Source: Glycera tridactyla
Lineage: Eukaryota
Direction: 5' to 3'
NCBI GenBank assembly: GCA_965644265.1
Contig: OZ286465.1
Coordinates: 70,804,001-70,868,000 of the forward strand
Length of the DNA stretch: 64,000 nucleotides
Under the pieces are notes generated by a model. It had not been told where the DNA came from. It saw only the letters and a program-made list of their open reading frames with translations, and did not search any database. Position numbers and translations under genes: made by a program. Shown in pieces: positions 51,257 through 64,000 of the stretch. The first letter of the stretch is position 1; each line of letters opens with the position of its first letter.

Positions 51257-54200
51257 GAGTTACAATAGCGACATTATTAAGCACTTCAAACAGTACAAAT
51301 TCTGTCTTCAACACTTCTTTTACAATGTTGGACATTTTATAGGAAACAAATATAAATTATAAATAATTTAATAATTATAAATAAATAGAATTTTCTCAAA
51401 ATTTATTGAGACAGGTAAGTTATTTTCAGGCAAAGAAGTCCCTAATTCCATATTCTCTGTTGGGGTTGCGAGGGAAAAAACTGAAAATTACCACTACCCC
51501 AGAGGGTATAACTGGTTTGAAGCCTGCAGGGGGGGGGGGGGGGTGCTTATTGGTCTTCATGAGGTATTTTATATGCAGCTGATAAAGGTGATGTGATCCA
51601 TGCCGTCTATCTTCTCAAATACTGGATGAGTCCATTGATAACTACAATAACTCAGGCTGCTGGTTGATTTAATGCACCCCAGTGACTATGGTAGTGTAGC
51701 TGGATGGATAGAGAAGGTGGCGAGAGAAGAACCACTGATGGTGCCGGTGGGAGAGTAAGTGATTGCGATGGTGGTGGCATGGTAGCATTGTGGGTGGTAG
51801 ATCAAGGAGAGCAACTGACAATGAGATCATATACATCCCGTGGTACAATGTATTAGCTATCACCAATTGTTTGATCTCTGAGGCAACAAAAGTATACTAC
51901 TGGGGGTTAGTCAACATCTCAGCCTGCTTACTTGAGAGGCTGATGAAGTCACAAGCGCTGCCACATCCTACACAATGACAAACCTGATACTGATGCGCCA
52001 TTTGTTTTTGAAAGCCGCTTTGCTTTCTGGTGGATCACATGCTTTTCTGTGGACCACGAGGCTCCAAAATCGTCATTTACTTCAGGAGTTTTTCAGGCAT
52101 GGATAACGGAGTTGCACTTGTCATCGTCTCTATAGACGGATTCAACTTTGAAATTGATGTTCAGCAAACAGGTAAATAAAGAAGACAGATTTGATGATGT
52201 GCCGCATGGGAATTGACGTGGACTTGGAAGTGGGAAGGCATGTTAGAACAGTCTACAAGATGCTGGAGAGTGAAAGATTGACACCATTCCTTCAGAAATA
52301 GTGAGCTTGCATGCATTGCGTGCATCGCATGCTCTGATAATGCAGATTTCTTCGTCAGTGATTACTGCATCTTGTCATGGTATTTGGTAGTCTTCTAGAT
52401 TAGCAGCGGCCGCAGCAGGAGCAGCAGCGGTGAAAGCAAGTCAATCTGAAGGCCTGATATGCAACATGCATCTTTAATGGTGAATCTGGATGTATCCATG
52501 CAAACCATTCAAGCCACCGTTGTTGATGCGCTGTAATATAGTTAAAAAGGCAGCGAGGATGCTGATGCCCGTCTTTGTGTCACTGATAATACACCAGCGC
52601 TGAGCTCTTTTTCTACAAAAAACCACCTTCCCACTCAACAGCCACCAACGCCGGATCTGCCACAAATGGAACAGCCACAAATGCATTCCGATGCAGATAT
52701 GGGTCGGATGATGACACCACCATGAGTATCCTGCCTACTAACGGAGTAGTACTTGGCGAATGTTAGCACGATTCTGAAATCTTCTGAAGATAATCATCTC
52801 AGTTAATGTAATTGATGTGATCAGCTGGAGGAGACCTCAATTAAAACTTCTACTTGCTCTCCTTGCAAGCAGTGGTCTATATCTTTCTTAAGCTGTCCTT
52901 TGGGCAGGTGAAGTGTGATTTTTACCTGCCCTCACTGTCATTTTCACCAGCATAAATAATGGTGGGGTACCTGCCCATCGGGCAGGCAAACTGATAAAAT
53001 GTGTTGAAGGTTTGCCTCTGATGGACAAGAATACTTGCAGTGCCATTTTCGAGAAGAAGCTGCGTCAGTAATTGCAATGAAATGATTAGAACAATCTCGA
53101 TTTCGTGGAGTCACATCACTCATGATTCAAGAATTTTTGCCTAAGAAGAGTAGCAAAAGAGTAGCTAAGAAGAGTAGCAAAATAGTAGCAGTTTGCATCT
53201 CTGTAAATGCAGTAGGTTTCTCGTCCGACCCGGTTAAAAGCCATCTGTTACACAAGTCCTTGGTCTCTTTGTTTTGTTGTGCAGCCTGCATCAGTGATGA
53301 ATACACTGACAGCTTATTATGACACAGCACTCTTCTATCTACCATGGATGGAATTAATATGAGAAATATCAACTGTCTTCCTTCACAATCCATCTTGGAC
53401 TGTCAGTAAAATTCAAGCAGATATTCTTCGATATATCATCCAATTACATTCCACTGAGGAATGACCAGAATGAAAAAATCTAATTATTATTCAGCTGTGT
53501 TTTCTCTGCGGCTGGCCACACAAAGACGTTGAGCATATTTGACGAGACCAGCGCTACATAGAGATGGTCGCTAATACCTCTGTCTAGAGTGGACCTTGCA
53601 GCTAAGTTAATGCAAACTCCGCCCATTTGTTTCCGCTTACGCTCTCTTTAAGGTCCCAACCCTTGGCAGAGTATCTATTTTTCCAGGCACACAGTAAACG
53701 ACACTCTGTGCAACCTCAGTCTATAATTCTCCAAACAGTGAATGTGTTTTTACATGGCCACTTGATTCTCATTTCAAAGAAGGGCAGCTCTGAGTCACAT
53801 ACCTATTTCTGGTCACTGTTGATTAACTACTCATGAAGATAAAACCGTCAAGAAGATCATGTCATCAAAAGCATGCTTTGTAGTGAGTTTCCATACATAC
53901 AGCAAGACAACATTGCTGGTTGGCATTTGTTTTAATTCATCAAATTGCTTCATTTCTCATTTTGATGAGCTGATTAGGTAAGGGATAAAAACAATAATTT
54001 GCCTGATTCTTGGTGAGATAAAGGTGTGGTCATCCAGACGTTTTTCTGGATGTACCACAAATCCACTGCTTATCAAGTAGACATGTCTATTATGCAGACT
54101 TAGGTAATTTGAATATTGTTCACAAGAGCATCTATAATCAAGATATTTACTCCCCCCATCAGCTTCCTACCCAGTATTAACCATTAAGCATTGAATTCAG

Positions 54201-57200
54201 ATTGAGATTCGGATTGAGATGAATAATGTATGACTCGAAGTGAAATAAATCATATACATCTAATACTAATATTTGTAGTCATATTTCACAGGTTATTCAA
54301 ACATCAATTTGCACAGTGCTTTTTCTGATCAATTCCATCAAGGGATTTTGATGAATTGTAAATAAAATATATACCCGTTATCACCAACTGCTTTACAAAA
54401 TGATATTCATAATAGCCTGTTATTAATGGTCATGCAAGTGGCAACTGCTTCATCAGGGCAGCTTATTAAATTGTCATGAAGATGTGAATATACTTCTTTT
54501 GAAAGATGACTTTCTGTTGAAATCTAGGGTGTTCTGTTATATAATTTACACCTTGGTGGACGACACACCAGCGATGGCCAATGAAGTGTTAATATGGCTC
54601 ATTGCTTATTAAATGTCGAAGTTAAATATTTGTCATACTAATTTCCTAGCAATTAACTTGTCATCTGCACACCACAACTGAACAAAAACGTGTGCATAAC
54701 AATTTCCTCAATCAATACTATGTACACGGGTCTCAGCATATTTCAATGTCAGAAGCATATTTAAAAACTTCTAACAAAGAATTAGTAAAGCTAACAGAGT
54801 GGTGTAATGTAAATGATTTACTAATCATGGAAAGTAGGACAATTTCAAATGAAAATTTCTCATCAGCCATTCCTGGAACCCTCTGGCATATAGTATTGCT
54901 CATGGGTATTTGGTGGCAGTGTGGTATCTCAGTTTCAGAACCTCATTAACGCACCATGAGTTACTAAGATGAGCTGTATCAGCCATTCTCGCGATGAGAC
55001 AGGACCCATCTCAGATGCCCCGATTAATTGCAGGAATTGCCTATTTGGGCCATTTTTTTAGTTGTCAGTGATCGATGAAATTGATGATCAGAGGTTGAGA
55101 GTCACTAACAAAGTCACAAAATATGATATGATTTTCTGTATCTTCGCTGAGGACATGAGTATTGGGGATCATCATCATGTCCACCACACCTGGTATCTTT
55201 TACCTGATTACCAAAACTATGATGGGGTACATAGATATTGATGCATCAGAATTACCGTTGAGAGTCAGTACAGAAGATGAAAGCAAAAAACAACTCTAAA
55301 TGCATGTTTGATGGTCATTTTTCAAGAAACTTCTCATACTTACGCCATGATTGTGAATATTACTTTCGCAGATATCAATATATAAATACAACGGTCATAC
55401 CTGTTCCACCCTCCATCACATGATGATGGATTATTTAGCACTCACATTTGTATGTTTCAAGGTGAAGAATGCTCAAACATGGTTCGGACATCATGAAACA
55501 CTGGAGTATGTATGCAGGCATGAATAACTAGCCAATAGACTAGGTGAGATGCAAATTGAATATATTTTACAATCCTTTAGATGTCTTTCATCAGCTAATT
55601 GCATTTTATCATGGTAGTCATATACCTACAGTGATGCTTTTTTGGGCCCATCCTGCTTATTTCATGCACTCTAAATGAAGAAGGACTCATCTGTCAAGTC
55701 ACTGATGGGTCCCTTGGATGCAAAGGAGACCAGCAGTTCCCATACACTTCTGTGATCCGAGATGATAAGACTGGTTAATTAATTTATGAGCATTACTATA
55801 TGAACAAGTTTCTGTGAATGAAAAGGTTATTTAACTCTAAGTGTGTTTCTGGAACACTTCTCTCAATATGAGGACTCACATGCTGCATCACGGGACTCAC
55901 TCTGAACAGACAGTTGGGGTCCTCAGGGATGCATCATTATTTTGGTGAAAATACATCAGTGCCTAGTCATATGATAGGAATCTCTTATAGCATGGATCAG
56001 TCTCACCGGAGAATGGGTAGAAAGCAGTCATTCGTGCGGGCATGATAATCATCTCAAATATGGTATTGTCAAAAATTGCGGGAATAACAAGACTGGTTTA
56101 CGACTGCAAAAAGCATGCTGACGAATCAGACCAAGCGGACAAATGCCTGCGTGTGATTTGGGTAAACAGGTGTTTTTCCCCCAGATCTGGTTCGGCATGG
56201 CCAGGCAGAGATGAGTCCTGTAAATGTACACTGCATCAAAGATGGGAGACCATGGCCTGCTAAAGCAAGCAGCAATGCTAACAAACACAGCGCGCCAATA
56301 TTTATCACCCACTGATTGGTGGCTCTGTGGATCATCTTGCTCCTCTACAGAAATTACCACCGCACTAAAAACCTAAGCAGCAGCGACGATTCTGTGCAGG
56401 TTTTCAGCACACGCCTTGCTAGTACAGTCGAACCTGTCTTCAAAAACCACCTACAGTCACATCATGATGTGGCCTTACAACTCTCAATACAATTGGCTCT
56501 GTTTCAAAGGTCACCTGTCTACAAAGACCACTTCCCAAAGATCCTGCTGAAGTAAACTTCATTATATGATAATCTACCTCTCACAGAGACCACCTCTCTC
56601 AAGTAACTCACACTGAACAAGGGGTAGGCAAACAGATTCCTCGCAGATGGGCCCACCAGCACACACGATTTGTTCCAATAGGGGTAGTACTAAACATGTA
56701 ACACATAGACAAGGTAGAGTCTTCCGTGAAACCAAGCATTGAATTCAAGACTGTTCTAATTTTCATGTCAAATCTCCCAAACACAGCAAGGTCACGCAAA
56801 TGGAGACACTCTGATGTAATCATAGCAATCTGACCAATTTACAACTATTTCATCGCACTCACACAATTAGAAATTCACAAATTGTCTTTACCATTGGATC
56901 TATAAACCAAGTGGCTTACTAAGACCTCCATTCACCCACCCTCAAGACGTATTACTATAGCACACTGGTAGTAGCATTGAGAGTAATATGCATGAAGATC
57001 AGGTCAATTGCAAACGATAAAAAGACACCATATTCACGAAAAAAAAAAGAATGAAAAAACTTCCTACATGGACACTCGACACACAAATGGACCGACATAA
57101 TAGCAGTGGGCTTACAATCAAGCCATCTAATGTGGAGGCAAAATGCAGAGATCATAATTATGCATGCACACGTCCACAAAGGTCACTGTTGACCTATTTT

Positions 57201-60093
57201 TCTCCATACATCATACAATTGAATCTGCCTTAAGCATTTCCTCTATTATGCTGGGACCATTCTTTAGAAACCATGCTCAAATCATTTCAACATTGAATTT
57301 TCACTGGAATTTTCCTGTACTGAAGATGAACCTCTTCTAAGCATGCACTCCTACTTGTCCTCTTGGTTATATTTTATAATTGATAATGTACCTGTGCTAC
57401 CACACAACTCCACCTGCTCTGTCCCAAAAATCAAGGGATGAATCAAATCAGGGACGCGCCCATAGAGCCGGCACGCACATCAAATCACCAGCTCTAACCG
57501 TCAATATGCCTAGCAGTACAAGCAGGAAAGGACTTGGCTTGGAGCCCTTGAGTGCCCCCTATTTGAAAGAAAATGGTTTTCTATTAGGAAAGTTTATCAT
57601 ATCAATTTTGTTGATTGATGATTGGTCAGTTGGTCTATTTCAACCTGGCTTCGTCGCCAACTATGATCAATCATCGCCCTACCACCGGCATATAACTCAA
57701 ACTTGATAGGTCTGGAAGTATTACATCACAGCAGCCAACCTAAGTCACATGAGTCCTGGCTGGTACTCGAACCTGTCAGACAGTCAGTCATGGCTGAAAG
57801 TAACGCAATCAGTCTCGTAATATTTGGCAAGTCTCATTCTGGAGTGGCAGAGTTAATGCGATATGTCTGCTAATATTTGGTACGCATCTCGATTAGTGGG
57901 AGACGAGAATAAGTGAATCGAGTCTATTGATATACAATATGCATCTTGAATGCGAATCTGAATGATTCCGCACAAAAGACGGAGCGATCTCCGTTGTGCT
58001 GTCATACTCTTGTAAGAGCCTATCACACACTGCAGATCCTTTCAGTGAGGAAGCCTACAAAGCACGAGCTTCTACATCGTACCAACCTCCGACAATGACA
58101 TCCCATCATATACATCCTATGTTGACAACCTCATATTCTTCCATTCTATGTACCCTATCAGCGCATACTCAAATGTATGCACTCATAAGTGAGAAAAGCC
58201 ACATTCATGTCTCACATACATGTGCATACAGGGATATCCTTATGCTGAGCTGTGTATGCACCTTTTGTATTTTATCACCCTTTACTGTATCCGCCTGTCA
58301 AAATAAAGCTGTTGTCTTACTGTCTTATGTGCTAAATGGCACATAAAGCTGTGAAGGGGCACATTAAGCCATATATCATGTGACCAGTAAGCACATGGAA
58401 TTTTCCATACATTGATATGATTACATGATTTGGGACACACGCAAATAAGAAATGGCACAGGAATCTGCATCAACGTCCCAAAGAGACCCATACATATTCC
58501 CCGTATATATTCTCGAATACAGAGTACAGGATACAGAATCTTTTTTCAGAACAGGCGTCATACAGTATACTGCTCAGATATTTCACAAGAGCAGCAGATG
58601 GAGGCCTCTGATAGAGATTCAATTCAATAGAATCAAGATGAATCTGAACAAATACCAGTCAACTATCATTCAAATTTAGGCTGCAGCTATGCACCAGAAC
58701 CCTTTTATACTTGATTTTGATTCATGATAGGATCATTAGGCATGCGAAATTTCATGTATGTAAACATATGGTCAACAATTAATGATGTAAGTATGGTCTT
58801 TGATGACAGGTTTAACTGTACTTCGCACACATTTTTAGAGATGTATCAGGGAAATTTGCAAAGCCTTGCATTTGCTAGCATGGCATGGTATGTAAATGTG
58901 AGTGTCTCCTGCATAGCATTGATAAAAGCCACTGAGAAGATACATGTATAATGCAACACGTTCTCAAGGTCAACAGCGTATACAAGCAGTGGGCAGTCTT
59001 CATCAGCTCAAGGTCAAAACTACACTCACGACTATCCATCAGTCACGACTAGTCAAATATGACTGTAACCATTTGGTATGTTTGATGCAAACAAACTAGA
59101 CTAGGAAGAAGATCAGACATAGTGCGAATGGATTCAAAATTGGCTCAATTCCAAATGATTCAAAAATGGCATGATTTACAATTGGATTACGATGATCTTA
59201 TTTGAAAACATAGAATTTTTCCAATTTTTGCTTCAAATGAAAAGTAGTCTTTTTCTATCAATGCATCAAGAGAAATAACCTGTATCACAACAGATCCATG
59301 ATGGAAAAAAACTTGCTGTAATCAACAGGCCTTAGAATTTCAAATCTTTGAAGTCAAAATGAAATCTTACATTTCACTTCATAAAAAGTTCTGGGGATGA
59401 ATTTTAGTTTTATGATGAAACTTTGATTCAAGATACACTGGAGTGCACAAATTCTCAGAAACCAGCCGTATTTTTTTTCTGTATCATGACAGATACAGTG
59501 AAACCTATAAGACCACAATAAACTACATCAGAAGTGGTCTACTATAGAAGGTATGTTTGACTATGTTGGCTAGAAGATACTTCCAAAGATGGTTTCTCAA
59601 AACAGGGTCTCCCCTCTGAGGTCTTTTATCCGATCTTTCATTGCATTCCATCCTCAGCAGGAGTGGTTGATAAGCAGGGGCTTTCGATGGTACGTGGAAT
59701 GGAAAGGCCAGTTGAGTCCATCACTTTGAATTGTTGGACGGACAACACAAAGCTTTCATCATCAGTCAATGGCTTTGTTGCGTTACACAAAAATACTTCA
59801 AGATTCATGTGCATGCCAGAAATCTAGCATACCAAGCACAATGACAATCCATTATCAGAGCATATATGATATTCTATGTTCTCCTTTACAATGGCATTTA
59901 GCAGCAATGTTTGCAACATGTGCCAAGAGATGTATGCCAATACCTCCGTCAGTGTTTGTCAAGCATCAACGTATATGGAATCTTCCGAATGTGTATGATT
60001 GTATTGGTGGGTTCACCCTGTACCTTCACATTCAGACTAACATTACTGACCACTCAACCCATCAATCAAGCAGTTTACTCAGGTAATCAAATA

Positions 60094-60269
60094 ACGTAAA
60101 ACCTCCTCTGTGGGAACTCTCTTTTGGGAGACTGCCCTCTTTTGAGAGACTGCTCTTCTTTGGTTCTTTCCTATTTGACATAGTCAAACATACCTCCAAT
60201 GAGGGACAACCTGTCTTGAGAGACTACTAGTGGGTGGCATTTGGGGCAGTCTCACAAGAGGTTTTACTG
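60094..60269. mobile_element. MITE family A copy
   Basis: GTAAAACCT / AGGTTTTACTG ends, central TTTGACATAGTCAAA. Confidence 0.75.
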
Positions 60270-62014
60270 TAAAGGATAAATGTAATGATAGTATGCAGTT
60301 ATAGCTGCTCTAAAGGTCACACCTCAACAAAGGCCTCCTGTCTTCAAAGGCCACATTTTCACTAGACAGGTTTGAAAGAGGCTCAAGTAACCAAAAGTAG
60401 TATACATGGAGTGACGGTTTGCAGTCAAACCTGCTCTTAATTCACCTGGTAACAAAGGTCACTGGCATACAAAGGCTTCTTTGCACACAACCAAGGGTAG
60501 TCCATGTGAACATATTTCACAGTGAATTCTCCACTAGGCCATTATGACCACTCGTGCAGATCTTCGGATTTTCTGATGGGTTAATGGCCCCTGTATCCCA
60601 TGAATTACAAATATCATGGGTGATATCTCAAAATGGCGGGACATCTATTCATCAATGGTCAATAGGGACAAAAAGCAGGATCCCACTAACCTACAATAAG
60701 GTACTCGTGGATTGAAAACCAGAGCTTCAGATTTTGATGAGTTCATGCACCCCTATGGCTCACGGAATGATATATCATGGACCATAACACAGAATGATGA
60801 GCTACCACCAATTGTTGAAGATGACAAAATTTCTTGGTCAACTGACTCATAATAGAAGCTTTTAATGAGGCAAGAAGGCAGAAAATGGGGCCAAGGGCCT
60901 GACCTAACGGTGATCTGAAGCTTTGAAAAAGGCGAAAATTTAGGTGAATGTCTAGGTCCATTAACACTCTGAAGGTCTCAAGTGATCTGCACTTTCACTA
61001 TACAGGGAGAAAATCGTGCATATTGTAGGAAAACAGAGCCTAGTTTGAGTGATGCCTACATCAGCGTATACATCAGGGTGGTCACAGTAATCGGTTCCAT
61101 CCATCACATGGGTCGGCCTGCGTGTGTCGGCTCAGTTGACACTGCATGTGTGCTTAACTTGCAAGTGAAGCATTGTAATGTATGAGTACACACCTCCACA
61201 CAGTCTCAGCAGGAAATACAGACATGACCCACAGATTGCATCCAGTGTCATGACAGCATTCCACAAAATAACATTTCACCGAAACAAATTCACCTACAAC
61301 TATCATCTGCTTTTCAACCAAATATCCCGCAATGAGATTAGTTAGTTGGTTGGTTGGATGGTTGGATGGTTGGTTGATTGGAGATGAATCTTTAATGATA
61401 GGATGTTTGGTAAGCCAGCTATCTGTAGCACATGCTTGTTGAATATGAGCAATTTATCCCATCAGTGGCATCGGATACTATTGGCTACTGCTTCTGATAG
61501 TTTGGCTGAAGGTTGAACAATGCATACATTTACCACCTCGTCTCCTCTTCAAAAAAAAAATATGTGTGGTGAAAACCAACACCATATCTGATTTTCCCAG
61601 TTTATCCAATGGGCTTCTGAATCTAGGTCAAACTGTGACAGTTTACAATGTGTCATAATTCTGACCATCACATCCCACAGTGTCAGATGCAAGTATAATA
61701 TGTATTGCATTGTCAAAAAAGGCTGTCAACCTTTCACTGCTTGTGTCCACATGTGTCACTACTCAACATTCTGTCCATATTTATTCGGATGTGAAATATC
61801 TCTACCCACATCACAGAATCTTGACATGACATGTTGACATGAGTGGTTATCATGTCTCAATGCCTCAGAAATAGTATTGGGAATAACAGGGAAGTGATTG
61901 GGTCGCAACCAAAGAAAATGAAAAATTGTGTATGACACTAATGAGGACCTTTACTAACAAATAGGGCTCAAAAATGCTTTAGCTGCACCATTCTTCAATG
62001 TAAAAGATGGTCTA

Positions 62015-62237
62015 CCGTATATTGCCGAACACACACGTGCAGTGCGCAAGTGCAAGAACAAATTGGTTGCGCGTGTATTCCGGGGGCACATGTATTCAAT
62101 ATTCAAAGAAAATTGAAATTCTAGCCCTTGAAAAACTGCTCCAGAAAGCATATAATACTGGTAATTTGAGATTCTTGTTCAAGGATATTGGGGGTGTGCG
62201 TCTAATTTGGGATGCGCGTGTATACGGCAATATACGG
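62015..62237. mobile_element. Tc2/pogo-like MITE, copy 2 (223 bp, opposite orientation)
   Basis: TA flanks. CCGTATATTGCCG / CGGCAATATACGG TIRs. Same length as copy 1 with a similar interior. Confidence 0.85.
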
Positions 62238-62614
62238 TATTTCATTGCCACAATGGCCAATTTTGGTAAGGTCTCAATTTTGAGTGAATAAAGAAACCGG
62301 TAATCAAAGCTATATCCTGGATTCTCACTGTTAAGGAAAAATGATTCACTTCTACCAACGTGGATATTTGCAATTGATGATCCGTGTTCTAATCCATTTC
62401 AACATCACTGACCCCATCACTCAGCAAACATATATATGTTATCCGTCTCTGATTGATCAATAAAAGTGGACAAATGTGGGTCGTTCCAATAAAATGAAGT
62501 GGATATGCAGGGCTCCAGGTTACTACCAGTGAGTAGCCAATGGCTACAAAATTCACCCTCTGGCTACCATATCTTGAAAGTTAGTAGCCAATCAAAACAT
62601 TTTCAAAGGTCGCA

Positions 62615-62791
62615 CAGTGAAACCTGTGACGAGAGACCCCCTGACATGAAACCACCTTCAATGGGAGACCGCTTTTCCAGGGCAGCTTTTCTATTTGACA
62701 TAGTCAAATGTACCTCTGACAAGAGACCACCTCTTTTGAGACCACTTTTTTTAGTGACATATATGGTGGTCTCTCGTCGCAGGTTTCACTG
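62615..62791. mobile_element. MITE family A copy (177 bp)
   Basis: CAGTGAAACCTGTGACGAGAGACC ... GGTCTCTCGTCGCAGGTTTCACTG, central TTTGACATAGTCAAA. Confidence 0.85.
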
Positions 62792-63178
62792 TAATGGACA
62801 ATGTATTCATCAGCTGGAACCATTTGGCAATACCTAGTAAAGATATCAGCACAGAACACTGATATGCATAGCTGGTGTGTAAATAGAGTACTCTCATTCA
62901 TGAGATTGAAAAACTATGGCAACCGCTGCTGCAATCAGAGATCTGTAACCAAAGCAACCGCACAAATTTGTGAGAACTACACGATATTTACCAGAATCAA
63001 TAACTAGAGTATGAGGTATATCAGTGATGTTTGACATCATGAACTGGTTAACCCACAAAGTAAACAAATCCATGCCAAACACTTGGAGAAAAACTGTCAA
63101 CCACCTACTACACAACACATTTCAATGATCACTTGCATACAAGACATAAAATCTTGGAATTCAACTTTCAATACGAAC

Positions 63179-64000
63179 CTTTTGCGGGTGCCAGATGACT
63201 TTTGAGATGAGTGCATTCTGAGAGGTATACGTGAGGTCGGTCCAAAGGGGGTGAGGTCCGTACTTGTTCTGATGTATGGTGGGTGGAGGTACATCCAGCA
63301 CATTCGCAGATACTTGTCTCTCCAGTGCTCAAACTCAACGAGCACTCACAACTGCAAGTATCCAGTTCACTGTTCACACTGCCCTGACCATCACAGTCGC
63401 ACCTGTTGTGGAGCTCACAATCCAAACTAGAATCACTGTGAGAAAGACTCACATCATCAAGGTTCACATCTCCGTACACAGCCTCACTGCCAAACCCATC
63501 AGAACTATATCCATCAATTTCAGATTCTGAGTCCGCAGCATGAACCTCTGGGTGAAAAGTCACTCTTTTGTCCCTCTCTTTTATCTTTTTATTCATTTGA
63601 GCTGAATGCAATGTACTTGTATCACTAGACATTTCACAGTGCACACTGGTATTAGTCTCAAACTCCCTGTCCTCTGGGATCTCATCAAGTTTTGGTGTTC
63701 TATCTGTCCTCCTGGATAGGGCCAGTTGTGTTATGGCTTCCTTGTAGCTTGGCAATGCAGGCCGAGAGGTACTCCAAAGTCTCTCCTGAATAGTTCTTTG
63801 CCCTTGAACCGGGCTTTCCCTTGGTTCGTAATCTTCCTCCCAGGAAGATAGTCCACACTGGTACCGATTTTCACATGTCTTTGGAGATGAAAGCCTGTAT
63901 GTTTCCCTCTCTTCATGATGCACCCGAAAAGAACCAGTACTTCTCGAAAGTCTCTGAGTATTTGAAGCTGATTCAGTCTGTTTATTTATGAATCTGCCAC
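63179..64000 (-). CDS. Large coding exon running off the window, candidate alternative upstream exon of MAGI
   Basis: The frame is open from the window edge (63998) to TGA at 63168-63170, about 276 codons, longer than the track's GTG start. A donor AAG|GTTCGT at 63179/63178 is phase 1, matching the GK exon. Contains KRVTF and LPSY motifs. Its link to MAGI is inferred. Confidence 0.6.

Overview
Animal genomic DNA, most likely a marine invertebrate judging by its repeat families. It is AT-rich and repeat-dense, and most six-frame ORFs are chance or repeat-derived. The window lies inside a large minus-strand MAGI-family scaffold gene. Three coding exons splice in frame: a guanylate-kinase-like exon (50378-50497), a linker plus WW1 first-half exon (46105-46396) and a WW1 second-half exon (19065-19147). 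A long open frame at the right edge (63179 to beyond 64000) carries a PP1-docking RVxF motif and an LPxY motif. It has a phase-compatible donor to the GK exon, so it may be an alternative N-terminal exon. The 27-kb intron holds a 10.1-kb TTAA-flanked, piggyBac-like non-autonomous element that splits a MITE. That element carries a patchwork of decayed CR1/L2 LINE pieces (one with a 2A-like peptide, itself interrupted by a Helentron-type HINE), repeated zinc-knuckle fragments and a tandem array of X-box-like palindromes. The introns also hold many TA-flanked MITEs, Harbinger-like MITEs, an element with a 5-bp TSD, other HINEs, minisatellites and three N-runs. No rRNA, convincing tRNA or CRISPR array was found. 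All alignments were done by eye and no database searches were run.
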